64,000 nt of DNA from Tubiluchus corallicola (taxonomy: Eukaryota; Animalia; Priapulida): assembly GCA_030141605.1 (NCBI GenBank), contig JAQGDQ010000807.1, forward strand, positions 29,485 to 93,484. The letters run 5' to 3'. A program made the position numbers and the translations under genes. The stretch's first letter is position 1; the number at the start of each line of letters is the position of its first letter. Below are positions 13,048 to 27,205 of this stretch, piece after piece. The notes under the pieces were generated by a model that saw only the letters and a list, made by a program, of their open reading frames with translations, had not been told where the DNA came from and made no database searches.

Positions 13048-13379
13048 TTTTCCAAATCTCCAATACATAAATTGAGAAAGTTGCACATAACAGGACACAT
13101 AGCCACGTTAATATGACTAGCATACAGACTGTAGCTGTAAAAATGTCAGACTTCAAAATTTATAAGAAAAAATAAAAATAACATTGTTTCACTAAAACTT
13201 GGACTTATTATAAACAATCAATGCTCATCGACAAGCAGAAGTAAGGCTATTTCAAAAAAAGTATTGCAGAAACATTCTAAAGTGCTCATTGAAAATAATT
13301 TTTCCAAATGAAACTATGCAAATGCTCTAATTTTCAACTAAGTCTAATCTTCAACTTTTATTAATTGGTCGCCAAAATT

Positions 13380-13730
13380 CTTGCAAAAAGTTGTTCTTAT
13401 CAGTTCAAAATCCTAATAATAAAATCCACCCTCTATTGTCAGATGCCCATACTCATAGATATAGTGCTCGCCACCATTTGAAATACCCCTTACCCAGATG
13501 CAGAACAAGGAGATTCAAGAACAGTTTTATCTCATATGGCTTGTTTAATTTCCAGCCTTAAGTTTTGAGAGATTTAATTTTAATTTATTTCATTCATGCA
13601 TCGTGTAACAGTGTAATAGTGCTTGTCCCTGTATGTTCTATCTTGCTATTCTTTTTAATTTTTTTTTATATTATGCTGTACTGTAATTCAACTTTTTGGT
13701 TGTAATGATGATAAATATAACTTATAACTT
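13380..13730 (+). mobile_element. LINE 3' end fragment
   Basis: Peptide PRCRTRRFKNSFISYGL resembles Rex1/L2-type ORF2 ends and is followed by an AT-rich tail. Confidence 0.5.
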
Positions 13731-14517
13731 ATTATTATTACTATTGTTGTTGTTGTTATTATTATAAACAAAGTTAAAATGGCAAAAAATATCGAATCGG
13801 CTTTGCATGAATATATTCATACATCACAATGTTATGTATGACTTATTTCTGTTAGTCCTAATAATTAAGTTAGTGAGCAATTTAACGGTTTCTTAAAGCA
13901 ATTTATAAATCTTTCCAATCTTTCTTGCGCAGTATTATATTTCTATGTAATAAACTTTAAAGGTGAGTTTTAAAAAGGTGGGTGTCTTTAAGGGTCCAAA
14001 TAGGTGCCAAAATGCATAACACTGAGTAATTAAAAAACTAAACTACAGTAACAAGTGTCGCGAAACCTACAGGGTAGACACGTGGGACAGGAGCTCCGAC
14101 AACTGTATGATTAAATAACTTGGAATTGTTTAAGGGCAATCAAGATGGGAGCCAGACTGTGAAAATTATGGCACTAGTGAGTGAGTCAAAGGCTCAAGGA
14201 TGCATGATATCATATCAGCCCTTATTTTCATTGTCATTCAACTCCCCCTATATGTTCGAGAAGCTTCGGAAGCATTTAGATATCGTGGGATTATAATCTA
14301 CAACCACATTCTTACAGGTATAGTCATATGTAAACAAGGTCAACCCAGACAGCATGCACACAGTATTGTCACCATACGGCCACGATCTTGACAAACATAT
14401 GTTCAGAAAGCATTGTTGGTACAATATGCATATTTTTGTGCAAAGTTGGTACCATATTGGACAAATATTGTCGTCCAATATTAGAAACACGTGGTTTACA
14501 CAATATTGTTAAAAATA

Positions 14518-14669
14518 TTGGGAAGGATTTTACAATTTCCAACACAATTTAAATACCCTAACCCTAGCTCTAACCTTAACTCAAACCCTACCTTAACCTA
14601 ACCCAAACCGTAATCCGCTTCACGAACACATAATTTCTTGTGTGTGGGGAATTGTGAACTTTAGCCAAA
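14518..14669. repeat. Dispersed repeat containing degenerate (CCCTAA)n, copy 1
   Basis: ccctaaccctagctctaaccttaa... Its flanks are shared with the copies at 49010 and 59461. Confidence 0.75.
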
Positions 14670-17118
14670 TGTACAATGTTGTAGCAAGTCCACATGGTAT
14701 CCATATCCATGGTATCCAAAAAATATTGTGACAACATTCATACTGCCTGGTAAGGTGTTATACGCTCGCTGATTTGGATCCGAATTCATTCATTCTTGTT
14801 CTCAAACGCAAAGCTAAGTACAACTTTATTGTAAAAGATTGTGTGAATAGTCGGATTATGTAGTCCGTGATTTGCTTAGTTATTGTAACACAATTTTATT
14901 ATAATTATACTTTTTGGCCGGTATACTTCTCACTTCATAATAGCCTCATCAATATGTGGTTAGGTTACATGATTCTATTGTAAATACGGCCGAGTAAGAG
15001 TTATTAAGGTGATGAATACTGATTTTATTATTGGTGAAACAGACTGCCAATTTGATGCAAGGCAGAATTAATTAGGTTTACCAAAAAGGGTTTTAATCTA
15101 CAATGTATTTTATTAGAGATGTGACACGTTGTTCCAAAAAAATCGTGAAAACCTAAGAATATTTTTTAAACTTTTTTTGAAGTTGAAGCACTCCATGAAT
15201 GCCAGTTCTTTTTACAAAAATTAAGTCACCACGAGGAATCTTAAACATTGCGTAAGTATCCATATATACACTCTATATATTATATAATTATATATAAGGT
15301 GTCTCAAAAGTCACTATACATTTTGATTTCGAATTTTTGTTGCAAATATTTTGTAATCTCAGCAAGCTCTTACATGAGTAAAAGAGGCATTTGAGAATTT
15401 TATTTTTTGTCTCGTACCATGTTGCTATGACCGCGACAGTAATGTTAGAAATGAGGTGCAAAACCAGCCTGGCATTTCCCTTTATTAACCATGTATATTA
15501 TGAGCAAAGTACAACCTTTTCCTCACTACTCATGAACTGTAAGATTTTCTCAATGCAAGATTGCCATTGGATTGCTTTCTGAGGCTCTGGAGGTCCCTGA
15601 AGGAAGTAACAAAAATTGCAGTCTACTAAAACCATTACTTCCTTTCAAGTTTTTGTCCAATTTGACTAAAAGAATTGTCCAAAGTTTAGGTTCCTCTGTA
15701 TCAATTTTCAAACATTTTGCTTTGGTTGGTAAAAAATAATAGAAAATGTAGTGTATAGTGATTTTCTGCGATATCCTGTATAAGTAACAGTTTATGCGAG
15801 TCAAATAATTAATTTTAAGCATTCGTTAAAATTAAATATGATTTATTTGTTTTAGTCAAACCCAAACTGATAATATGAGCAAAGACAAATAAAAACGTAC
15901 AAAACTGGTAGTACTGTGTAGTATGGTATATCACTTGCATTGTCCTTTATTAAACAATACCAAAACCAGTTTTAATCGCTACTCTGTATTTACAACATAG
16001 AGCAATGAACTGAAACAATAATAACAAAAACATTAAAGATGACTGTAGTAAACCCATAAAAAATTTCTTTAAAATCCAAGCTTTTCGATTTAAAATTCTT
16101 TATAAGGGTTCTCAGGATCTATATTTTAGAATTTACATCACTAACGTAATCTAGATTGCCTGATAACTGCAGTATAGAGTAGATTTATACAAGACTTATG
16201 AATGGATAGTACCACAAACAGTCTTAAACAGGCTTACCCTATGCCGTAGTTGTCAAACAATCTAGATTACATTGATGTAATTTTCAAAACACTGAGCCCT
16301 AATTCTAAGAGTCATGAAAAAGGGTTTTTTAAATCTGAAAACCTGGCCTTAAAAAAATTATTGGTTTTACTACAGACTCTTGGTGATTTTGTTGTAATCA
16401 AACGGCTGCTAGAGAAACAATGGCTGAATACACATATAGTTTTGAAAAGTATGAATTGAAAATTAAAAGAAAGCTGCTGTAAATAACCATCATTAGTAAA
16501 ATGCCATCTGAAAAAGGCAAATAAAATGATCTAACTCATTAGAATTAGGCCAGTAGCCCAATGCCTGCCACCTATCAATCACAGATCACAGCCTATGAAG
16601 ATAATTACAAACATGTGTACAGCAACAATAATTTAGTTTCAATTTTTGCAGAAAGACTTTTTACCGTACTAGTTCTTTCAGTTCTTGCTTATTACATAAT
16701 TGCTTATTACTAACTTCATGGCTCACACCTTTGTATTCAAGACTAATATTTTAGTGTTTTGCTCTAAATTTACTATCGATTACGCTTTATAGTTAAATCA
16801 GTTATTAACACAGCACTTCTCCAAATCACACTTATGAGCACAAAACAAAAATAAAACTAAAACCACTAAACTGCTTTTCCAATTTACTTTAATATACATT
16901 CTACTGTGGGTAAACTCATATCGGTCAATGAATAGCAGGTCCATAATGTATGAGTAGAAAAAATACCAGTTAAGAACAAATTTACAAAGATATCTTTGAT
17001 TTAACAATAAGATTACTGTTTAATGATGTACAAAAATTTTCAAGTTGGCTTTGTTTTGATAAGGAGGTGCTGTCAGTATGTGCCAGTATAAAAACTTGCA
17101 CTAATCTGCTTCTGCTTC

Positions 17119-20100
17119 TTATATCTAAATAAAAAAAAACTTATTAAATTAATAACTGTTATTATAGGTAAAATACATTTAATTCTAGCAAAATGTTGTT
17201 TATTGGTTTTACAAAAATACAATTTACTTTCTGAAACTTGAAATTCATTAGACAGGACAATTACACGTGGAAGATTAATACAACATGCATTCATTGATTA
17301 ATTATCTCAAAAATGAATGAAAAGAAATGAAATACATTAAGGCAGGAAAGTGACCACACATTTGAGACTAAAGGTAAAAGGTCGATGTTTTGAGATACAG
17401 CATCTATGTATATATGAACACTCGGCCATAAGTATCTGTTACCTCCTAGACATCTGTTATGTCAAAAACAAATGGTTGAAATAAATCAAATATGGCACAA
17501 AGACATTCCATGATTGCCTATGGCAACCATTACAAGTGAAAACAAAGGTCAAAGGTTGCAACATGCTGTCAGTTTCTCACTTATAAAGTTAAGACCAGGA
17601 TATGTGGTCATCAACCCTTTATTATCTTAAAAACGAATAATCAAAACTCAACACAAATTTAGCGAAAATATTGTCCATGCACAAGCAGAACATGACTTCA
17701 AGTAGGCACAGTACATTTTATGCGATTATTATGCGACTAGTTCAGAACAAAGATGCTCATGCATGCTAGTATGCATTCCATATAATCAATTTTATCCAAT
17801 TACAGAAATCTTTGTTTTATTTAGAACAAAAGCTGAATAAAACTATTTCCACGACCTTTCAGAAAATGATAATACAAAAATGTATATGTTCCAAGTTATC
17901 AGTGCTTGCCAAAGGAATCCCAGCAAAACGTTATCATGTATTAAAAATCACTTACGTCTTCAATATCTTCATCTCCGCTAACTTCATCAAACTCGATGTC
18001 GTCCTCATTTCCTTCCTCACCAAATGTGATCGTTTCGTTAATTTTGGCTAAAATAATAAACAAACTGATTATCTCGCATCTGTCTCTAATCGCATGTCAA
18101 CGAAAACGTTTAAAAAATTCTGCTTGCTGCCCGTACACTAAATTGAGACTGAACAAATACAGATTTAACAAAAGAACACAGGAAAATAGTTCAGGCAAAA
18201 AAGAAAAAAATATTAGTTGACCGTGTTAGTTGATTGTGCCCTGCGTCCAATACTCGATCCTATAATGACATGGTCACTGTATATCACAGGGGTCCCCAAA
18301 ACTGGTTAGACCATTAACCCCTTTATGGATTCCCCATTTTTCATCTACCCCAAGCATGTACAAAAAAATAAATATTAATAATAATTAAGTAGATGTGCGG
18401 TTTCCATATAAATTTGTGAGAAGAACTGCACACCAAACCCTGCTTTTTACACGCATCGATAAGGAAAACTACTTCAGCAAGTTATATTTTATGTATTTTA
18501 ATTTCTGATACGAATATCAGCTTTCGACCCCAAAACTACAAATGGCCCTGGCATTTTATCGACTCCTTGCTGGTCCCATCGACCCCCAGGGGTTGATATA
18601 GACCACTTTGGAGATTCCTGGTATAACATATAATCAGTGAAAAAGTTTGCTTATTTTTTCAGAAACTTTCATAAAAAGTAATCAAAACATATGTAGCACT
18701 AGATTGCAAATTGTTTTTACAAATAAGAACATTTTCTGATTACATGTAGTACGAAAGAGATATGACGGCCAAGTGATGTATCAACAGTTATACTTTCAGC
18801 ATATACAATTAACTTTTTTTAGTTGGCTTTGTAAAAAAGTATGTATTCATTTAAATTTGGCAATTAATTAACTCCAATTGATCATGGTAGAATGAGATTA
18901 ATTCAAAAGATACAGCAATTTAAAAGATTGATCCATGAAAAAATCTAAATGATCCCATATAGTTCGACACAGTTTGACATACTGTTAGAAATACACACGT
19001 ACTCAAATAAAATAAAACAAAAAATGACAGACTTGAATATTACTTTCATATAACAGTTAAATGTAATAAAATGCATTTATATCAACATACCTGTTTCGGG
19101 CAGTTCTCCATATGCTTTCAAATTCCTGGCCTCATCTGCATTATACTTGAGAATAACATCAGCCTTGGCATCTTGGTAGTCTCGCAACCCGATAAGGATA
19201 ATGTCACCTTGATTTATCCATACCTAATTGTAAAAGTTCACAATAAGATCTTTCATTTTAATGGGTAATCTTCCAACCAGTAAAAGTCACCATTGGATAA
19301 TTACAGATGGCTATACATTATTTCAAACTGAGCTTTATAAGATAAATGCACATGAAAATTGTGTGGTCATTATCAGGCATTGAACTGTTACATCCAGTAA
19401 ATTACATGACACTTTAACTTACATTATTACATTGCAGTCACCAAAATATGCAACAAGCAGACAATCTTAAATTGACAGAAATGAACATGTTTTTACATTT
19501 TGGCATAAAAATGACAATTTAGAAAATTCCTCCAATTTTACTGGACATTAATAAGCACCTTTTTTCTTAGCTTTCCTCTAATGTGACAGAGTCGTTTAGT
19601 TCCATCAAAACACATGGCTTCCAGTCTACCATTACCAAGCATCTTAACAACCTGCGCGTACTCTGCAAAACATCCTTACGTCACATTATATGGGATTTAT
19701 TAATGAATGCTGACACAGATCATGCATTCTGACACAATTATAAAAAACACAAGTCATTACTAATAAAATTCACACAAATCCTGGTCTTTTCTGAAGCACA
19801 ACAATGGAATTCTCAATATATCAAAGCTAAAAAACATGTAACTACATTTTAAAATGACAAGTTTACTCTTTAGTAGTGATAAAAACTTTTTTAGTTGACA
19901 AACGGTACCACATAAACCATAACATTACCAAGATTTAGAAAGTTGGAATGGAAGGACTAAGGAATGGTATTACTGCCATCTGTAAACCAAATTTAGTACT
20001 TAGATACATACTAAAACAAGTTTCATAATCAGGATATAGCCTACCTTGACCATCATCTTTGAACATCAGCTCCCTTTTTTCGGCATCATTTTCATTCTTT

Positions 20101-23063
20101 CCCCTCCTCCTATTTTTGCCTCCTTTTCCTGTTTACAAATCAATAAAAACTGTTCACACTGTAGTTTTAATGGTTGCCACAATCACATAACATTTCTTGG
20201 TACTTAAATTGTACACATTGTAGTTTTAATGGTTGCCACAATCACATAACATTTCTTGGTACTTAAATTGTACACATTGTAGTTTTAATGGTTACCACGA
20301 ACATATCAGATGAGAGCTTTTTTACTTTTCTGGTCTTTAAATTGAAACTTTGCAGGCTGAAATGCTAAGTTCAAAAGTTAAGTCGAAAGTACTGTTAGGT
20401 TTAATCACATTCGCATAAGCTGTCTTAAACTGTTTATAAATGGTTTCAAGATTTTATTAGTTTTACTTTTAGTTAAAGTAGCAACTTAAAGACATGTGCA
20501 TTTTACGAGTTTATGAAATTCAAATAAACAAAATGTCAATACTAACATAAATAACGAAAACTGTTTGTTCGTAGTCATCAACTTCTAATGCAAGAAAATG
20601 TAGCCAGGATGAAAAAATGAATACGCATAATCCTGTCAAAAGTTAGTGACGGTTTTACATAAAAATGCTGGTTTAAGTGTGTGTACCAAGGTTTGACTAA
20701 ACATAACTTTATTGTGTAAACTAATAGATAATGAAGTCAAGGATAAGCTGTACAAGGCTAGTGCAGAGCGAAGGAAGATTGACCATGGTGTCCTTGCTAA
20801 TATAGCTGTGCATCCTGATAGAATGCCATAAGAAAGGGACGAGGATCATTTTCTAACAGAATTGTTAATCAAGAAACAGAAAGAGTCGGAAGAAAAATGG
20901 GAAAATGCCAAGTGGATCCAGAGGGGCAACAAAGTAATCAATGTACACACACAGGGAACCTAGCCTAGTGACTGGAAAAACCACCTGGGCGTACGATCTG
21001 TTCTTGATGATGATCATTCAACTGTACATATTGTAAATAAGTTAAAAGTGCTATATTCTAATGATGATGCAATGTTTAGTTAACTTGAAATCTCCAGATA
21101 TATTTTGCCTTACCGAGATTCTACCCAAAATCTGTAATTACTCAATGACCGAAAGTGAAATTAAGTTGGATAATTTTGATTTATCTATAAACTTTAGTGT
21201 AAGCAAACGTGGAATTGCGATTTTTGTAAGAAAGAACCTACGTGTAGTACCATGCATATTTGAGTTTGATTATCAATTTGATGAGAGTGTATGGTGTGAA
21301 CTTGGTTTACATGGTAATGATCGCTTAGTGATTGAATGTGTTTATTGGACACCAAACCATAGTTCTGTAAATAACATAAACATTTGTAATGCTATTGCTT
21401 CGCTGTGTTTATAAGATTAAAACTAGCCATGCTTAAATGGTTGGACTTTTAATGCACCTAACGCTAACAGGGTGGATTGCATTTCTATGCTACCAGCTGA
21501 TCACCAAAAGGCAATGCTTCTCGAGGCAGTGCATGATGCGTTTTAGTGTAACATCACAATAAACCTACACATTATAGAACAAACTGTGAACCTAGTTTAA
21601 CTAATTTGGTGTTTACCAATGAAGCAGACATGGTAGGTGACATTGAACATTTGAACCCTACTGGCATGAGTCATCATCATGTACTTTCCTTTGACTTTAA
21701 TTACCAGGTTGAAAACCCTCTAATACAATAATTTTGAAGGTATGAAAAGCAATTTAAGTAATGTTGGCTGGGAATTACTGCTTAGTAATACATCTGTTGA
21801 CCAAGCCCGGGAATCAATTGCAAACAAATTTGACGAAATACAGCAAAAACACAGTCCCGTGAAGGTTGTAGGAGGTAAAGATCACCCATGTAAGCCCAAA
21901 TGGATGAACGACTATGTTCTTACTAAAGTTAGGGTCAAACAGACAGCATACCAAAAATGCATTGCTACTAGAGAACTATGTTGATTAAACTGGAGCACAA
22001 AATGAGGCCAAAACTGCTTCAAGGAATGTTATTACAAATTTAGAGAGAAAGTTGGCAACAGAAGTCAAGTCAAATCCGAAAGCATTTTATTCGTAAGTTG
22101 AAGACTATCTGTGGCCTAAAAGATCCTGTAACTGGTACACTTGTCGTTTCTAGTGCTGGCAAAACAGAACTTTCAAATAAGGTATTTTCTGATGTGTTTG
22201 CACGTGAAGATACGTCATAGATACCGGATCCGGAACCATATCACCTAGTCTCTATGGTATATAGTTTGACTGTTCAGGAGGACTGGGTCCTAGATGAACT
22301 ACTAGCTACTAATCCTAATAAATCATGTGGACTTGGTGATATGTGCCGTATTAGCTTAAAAGAGATGGCACATGACTTATACTTACCTCTTTGTCAAATT
22401 TTGAATTTATCATTGCATTCACGAGTTACACCCTATGCGAAGCAAGCAAATGTTACACCGATTTTCAAGAAAGGATCCGAAATGTCACTGTCTCTGCCAC
22501 ATGGTGTTTTTCAGTAAATTTTGTGTTGTACTGATATGGTCACTGATGTTTTTGGAATCAACTAACAATCAGCCTAAAGTACCACGGACTAACGCCATTG
22601 CTGTGGATATGGTAAAAATTAAAAATGGTAAAAAATAGTACACATTTATTTATCTTACCTATACAAGCTGTTTTTGGTTTGCTCGGTATATTTATTCATA
22701 TGATATTACAGTGAATTGCAACTAGCTTTATCATTCTACGTAACAGTAATGCTTGATCATCCATCGTGTAAACAGTGTATTTTTCGTTTAGCATGTGTCG
22801 TAAACGAATACGTTCTTGTACCGAACTTTGAATGAACATAGCTGTAAAACGCAAACGGTATCTTCTCGTTTAGCATATGTCGTAAACGTAAATGTTTAAC
22901 ACATTCAGTAAAGGTGACTGATATCGAATGATACTGATAGCATGATCTAACGAAATGGAGGGCAGGAATACTGTGGACACACAGAACCTTTAGCTGTAAA
23001 TACACATACTTACAAAAAGACTTAATTGTTGATAAATGAAACTTTACCTTTATTCTTTGGCAT
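17119..23063 (-). CDS. EIF1A: Eukaryotic translation initiation factor 1A, 144 aa; exons 23063-23048, 20128-20045, 19662-19559, 19223-19091, 18047-17956, 17124-17119
   Basis: Spliced product [144 protein letters not shown]. All introns are GT-AG, phases are consistent, and the CDS totals 435 nt. The ORF track misses this gene. Confidence 0.97.
18287..18620. mobile_element. hAT-type MITE in an eIF1A intron
   Basis: Ends CAGGGGTCCCCAAA ... TTTGGAGATTCCTG; 8-bp TSD gtatatca/gtataaca (7/8). Confidence 0.75.
20160..20298. repeat. 59-bp tandem duplication (~2.3 copies)
   Basis: tgtagttttaatggttgccacaatcacataacatttcttggtacttaaattgtacacat is repeated directly. Confidence 0.9.
20700..22485 (+). mobile_element. 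Decayed CR1-type LINE (ORF1 end, APE endonuclease, pre-RT region) in eIF1A intron 1
   Basis: [42 protein letters not shown] and [10 protein letters not shown] occur in broken frames. The ORF1-like AVHPD...[10 protein letters not shown] lies upstream. Confidence 0.85.
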
Positions 23064-23241
23064 TCTCAGAAATTCTTGTGTATTACAACTGCTGAAGATC
23101 TTTATATAAATTAACGTAATGTCAGAAAAACGCCATTATCGAAGTAAACACTAAACAACGCAGAAATTTTACGCAATAAAAACTGCTCATGTGTTTTTGA
23201 GTCGCCATCTGTTGCCTAGCATAGGAAATTGCTGGTTGTGT

Positions 23242-24975
23242 TAGGGTTGCCAGGCTCAGCCTTTTAGGTTCAATTTGCTCTTTTTGTCTACGTTTGGACG
23301 ATGAATTTTGGGTTTGGACTTTTGCTCAATGCTCACCTTTTTGGCCTTTTTTGTTTAGCTTACAAGAATATTAATTTTTGCAAATTGTTTGCATTTTTAA
23401 CTATGTACATTTTAACTATATTTTTAAACTCACAGATCAAGATTAACAATGTTGTTATTTTTGAAATGATATTATCACAATACGTGGCTTGAAAATGGAA
23501 AGAAATGCATACTACTTCGCAAAACTTGTAATTTGTTTAATATTCAGCATTCACTACATTTCATTAAAATTTTATCCACTGCATGTATATATAGAATTTT
23601 AAAAAATTGTAATTAAATTTTTCATTAGCATCATTAGTGTTGTTTTAAGGCCTTTGCTGCATATCAGTGAGCTGGCTTGGTTCAGTGAATTTAACAGTAT
23701 GATATAATTATTATATGTATAGTAATTTACTGTAGTCTAATTAAGATGTACACGTAGATGAGATTTCCTGAAGCATAAGTAATTTGCATGAAAACAAATT
23801 TTGAATAAAAGATTGCGAATCGTTCGCGGCATTTTTATAATGAAAATTTGAAATGTGAACATGTGTAATATGAAATATGAAAACTTATTAAAAAATTAAT
23901 GAAGGAATTCTCAAAAAAACTTCTCACCTATGCGTACTATAATTTAACTATTATGGCTCAAAAATCTTTTTTTAATGAGTTATATAACAATTTGCCTGTA
24001 GATAATTATTTTTTTGTTTTTTTAAACAAAAGCCAAAGGCATAAGCTGGCATTTTAAACCAGAAGCATAGAAAAAGTTGGTGTAGGGAGCCGAGTGGACC
24101 ACTGAGCCAAGTAGACCAATTTGGGCTGCCCAAGTAGGACACTAGAGACAGGTCGCGAAATGAGTTGTTAAGTGTACTGGCACCGTCCTTGTTTATGTAA
24201 TATTAATAATTAAAAACGTCAATACACGTTGAATAATTTTTTATACATCTGAGAAAATAAAAGAATTTTATTCTGAGCTGGTAGAACAGACAATATTAAA
24301 TTTGGCTTTGTTATTAATGTTGTTGAAGTGAAATAAACCCACTTTTTATGCGATTTCAACATTTGTTTAAGGTATATCATATTTTATTTTGTCTCGCTTC
24401 ACAGACAGAACACTACCTCTTGTATAAATAATTGTTTTCTCCTAAGTAAACGTTCTAGCGGCCTATGTGCCCTACACGAGCCATATACAACAGTGTCCAA
24501 CATGTTGCAGTATTATTGATATTATTAAAACTAATTGTCTTTGATTTTCCTAAAAAGTTAAAAATTACTTTTTCGTGTTGTGAAGGCTTAGCAGCATCTG
24601 TCTTATTTTTAAACTTGCAGTTATTTCTGTAATAACTGTGTGCATAATTTCTCTTGTAAAACCACTAGATACAGAGTCTAATGTTACGATGATTTTAATG
24701 GAGCTAATAATACTGATGATACTGGTGTAAAAAATACATTAATTTTGTAAATTGTCATCCATCATTATTATAAAGTTACTTTTTCGTTTTATGGTTTATT
24801 ATGGTCCTTATAATTCTCGATTCTCGACAAAAATGGCTAGTGTCCTACTTGGGCTGCCCATGTAGGACACTACTTTTAGCGCATCGGTTTTACCGGAAGT
24901 GGTCTACTTGGCTCAGTGGTCCACTCGGCTCCCTACAGTTGGACTATATTTAAATGCCTCAGTCTGGCAACCCTG
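23242..24975. mobile_element. Non-autonomous hAT (Tip100-like) element immediately upstream of eIF1A, carrying a nested element
   Basis: Ends TAGGGTTGCCAG (23242) and CTGGCAACCCTG (24975). The TSD is not cleanly preserved. Confidence 0.6.
24081..24937. mobile_element. Non-autonomous TIR element with TGT...ACA ends and a 5-bp TSD (Ginger-like)
   Basis: Perfect 38-bp TIRs at 24081-24118 and 24900-24937. GTTGG flanks both sides (24076-24080, 24938-24942). Confidence 0.85.
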
Positions 24976-26009
24976 TTGTTGTTGGCTGTTGAGTGATTAA
25001 ACTTAGGAAAGATTTTGACAAAGTTTGCTTTTATTCATGTGTACAAAGCTACTATCATCTAATGACGAGCTTGAAGTGTAGAAGCCAGGTTGTGGTAAAT
25101 GAAATAAAAGCTATATTGTGATAAGAGCTCTGATTGAGAGGCGCCATTCACAAAGCAAAGTGTAATTATTTGTGTTAATACTAGTAGATAGATAGATAAT
25201 TTTATGTCGCACACATGGTCCAATACAGTAATAACATAAAATAACCAATGGAATTGAACCAAACGCGAGGGCAACGTACGACCACGGGGTCCTTAAACCG
25301 TCCTTTACACGTTGCTCTTATTTAAGGATTAATGAATTTGCAGTGGTTAGATGACAATGTGAAGAGAAGGCAGTATTAACTGTTTTAAGTAAAATCTAAT
25401 TTAACTGTAATAAAAGATACAAATTTGTAAAAGTCTTTGAAACCAAAGATTTCCTAAAAATTAATTTTACTTCATAATTATTATATGTTATGTTATTTAT
25501 GAACAAGAACCTTACAATTTTGTATGCCTACAATGAAATATGTCACTTTAAAGTAATGCATTATCAAATGTGTGACTTACTGTTTTAGCATTGTATTAAT
25601 TATTGCAATGTACATTTTGAATGAACGTTTTCGCACTGTCTACTAATATTATAACTCCCAACTCCTGTTGTTTCTTTCATAGTCTTTAACTTGAGTGAAT
25701 TTGTGAAAGTGTTTCCAGAATGAGGGCTAAGTACAGAAACAACTAAGTTGAAGTGCACGTGCAGAAAAAGCACTCATGTCTTTTAGACAAAGTTCAAGAA
25801 AGTATAGTAACTGTAATTGTAAAATTAAATATGATATAAAGATGTAAGTGAAGGGAAGTAGAAGGAAAACTGGCAAGAGAATGACACCAAATGACTAAGA
25901 TGTACACTTTAAACTATTTTTACGAGCCCACATATTTTGCAATTAAGTAAAAATGCCTATCATAGAAAACTTTAAGATTATATTTTGCACACATAATTAA
26001 GAAGGAGAC

Positions 26010-27184
26010 TGTGATGATCGGTTATACCATCCATCATTGTCGCAACACCTATTTTGATATATCTTTCATATGTTGTTGTGTGTGCATAAATAATGATCTA
26101 ATTACTTTATTGATTTATTGCACTGTTTATTTAAATTTATATTACATTGTGTGTTTTTTGTAAGATTTTGACACCAGATGGCTCTGGCCGCTTATTTCTC
26201 TGCTTACCTGTAATTAGGTTACCTGAAAATTCGAATACCAAATGGCTTCAACCTGTTTTGGGATCTTACTACAGAGTTTGTGTTTTACACAAGTTATGTT
26301 CTGACTGTCGAAGTTACAGGGTGGTGGAGTTTTGCTTGTTAGTCCACATCCTGTGGTTATTTTATATGGTTGAACACCAAGTTTGGTGTGAACCTGTCTT
26401 TAATGGTACTCGTATGCAGTGAGATGATTTGTCACAAAGACAATGGTTTTGTCTACTTTAGTTTATTCGTTGTTTGCTGTGATGACACTGTCTTGACATT
26501 CCAAGAAGCAAGTGTTTGGTAACCATATTTCTACCTGCAGAATAGGACTCAAATTCTCGCTGAATAGTAGTGGGAAACCAGTAGAGGACCAGTTATACCT
26601 GGACCAATGGTCTGCTGTTCGTCTGAACTAAAGGTTCTGTTTGTCACCCTGCAAAAAGGACGATATGGAAGGCTGAGGCAACCAGGTACGAGTTCAACCG
26701 CTGAATTGCTGGAGCAGTTTTAAAGCATGGTCCATGCAGAGGCTGGGTTGATGACCACTGGTAAAGAACTGCTGGCGAGGACGTGGCTGACTGCTGGAGA
26801 TGAAAAGCTGGTGTGGTGTGGTGGAAGACTCAAGAGCGTGGTTGATAGATCCAAAAGCCTGATGAGAGACAGAAGCGTAGCCGGCCAACGTTACTTTTGG
26901 GGGAATTAGGTATTGTTGGAAATTGTTATCAATTTAATTTGCTATTGTTGTTTCACAGATTAAATTCTTAATCTAAATATTAGCTTTTAGTTCCGTTGTC
27001 GTTCTGATTAAATAATTTGCACGTGCACACAAGTGTTTCACCAGTGACGCGAATTCACGTAGCCTACACAAATGAATGATTATCCTGTAGATTTAGCATA
27101 TAAAAGTGACGGAAACGCTCGAGAACCCTGAACACAGTACTCTGATTTCTTAACGTCCTGACTTAATTATTACACGGCGTCACA
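26010..27184 (+). repeat. 5' LTR (1175 bp)
   Basis: TGTGATGATC...GGCGTCACA; direct repeat of 31020-32200. Confidence 0.95.
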
Positions 27185-27187
27185 ATT

Positions 27188-27205
27188 TGGTGTCAGAAGT
27201 GGGAT
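27188..27205 (+). promoter_or_regulatory. Primer-binding site complementary to a tRNA-Leu 3' end
   Basis: TGGTGTCAGAAGTGGGAT begins 3 nt after the 5' LTR. Confidence 0.85.

Noticed and set aside
17125-23047. Intronic C/D snoRNAs in eIF1A
   Set aside because: No properly spaced C box/D box pair was found by eye on the sense strand; H/ACA RNAs could not be assessed.
26147-26909. Short ORFs duplicated at 31157-31933
   Set aside because: They are duplicated because they lie in the LTRs, and they have no recognisable protein features.
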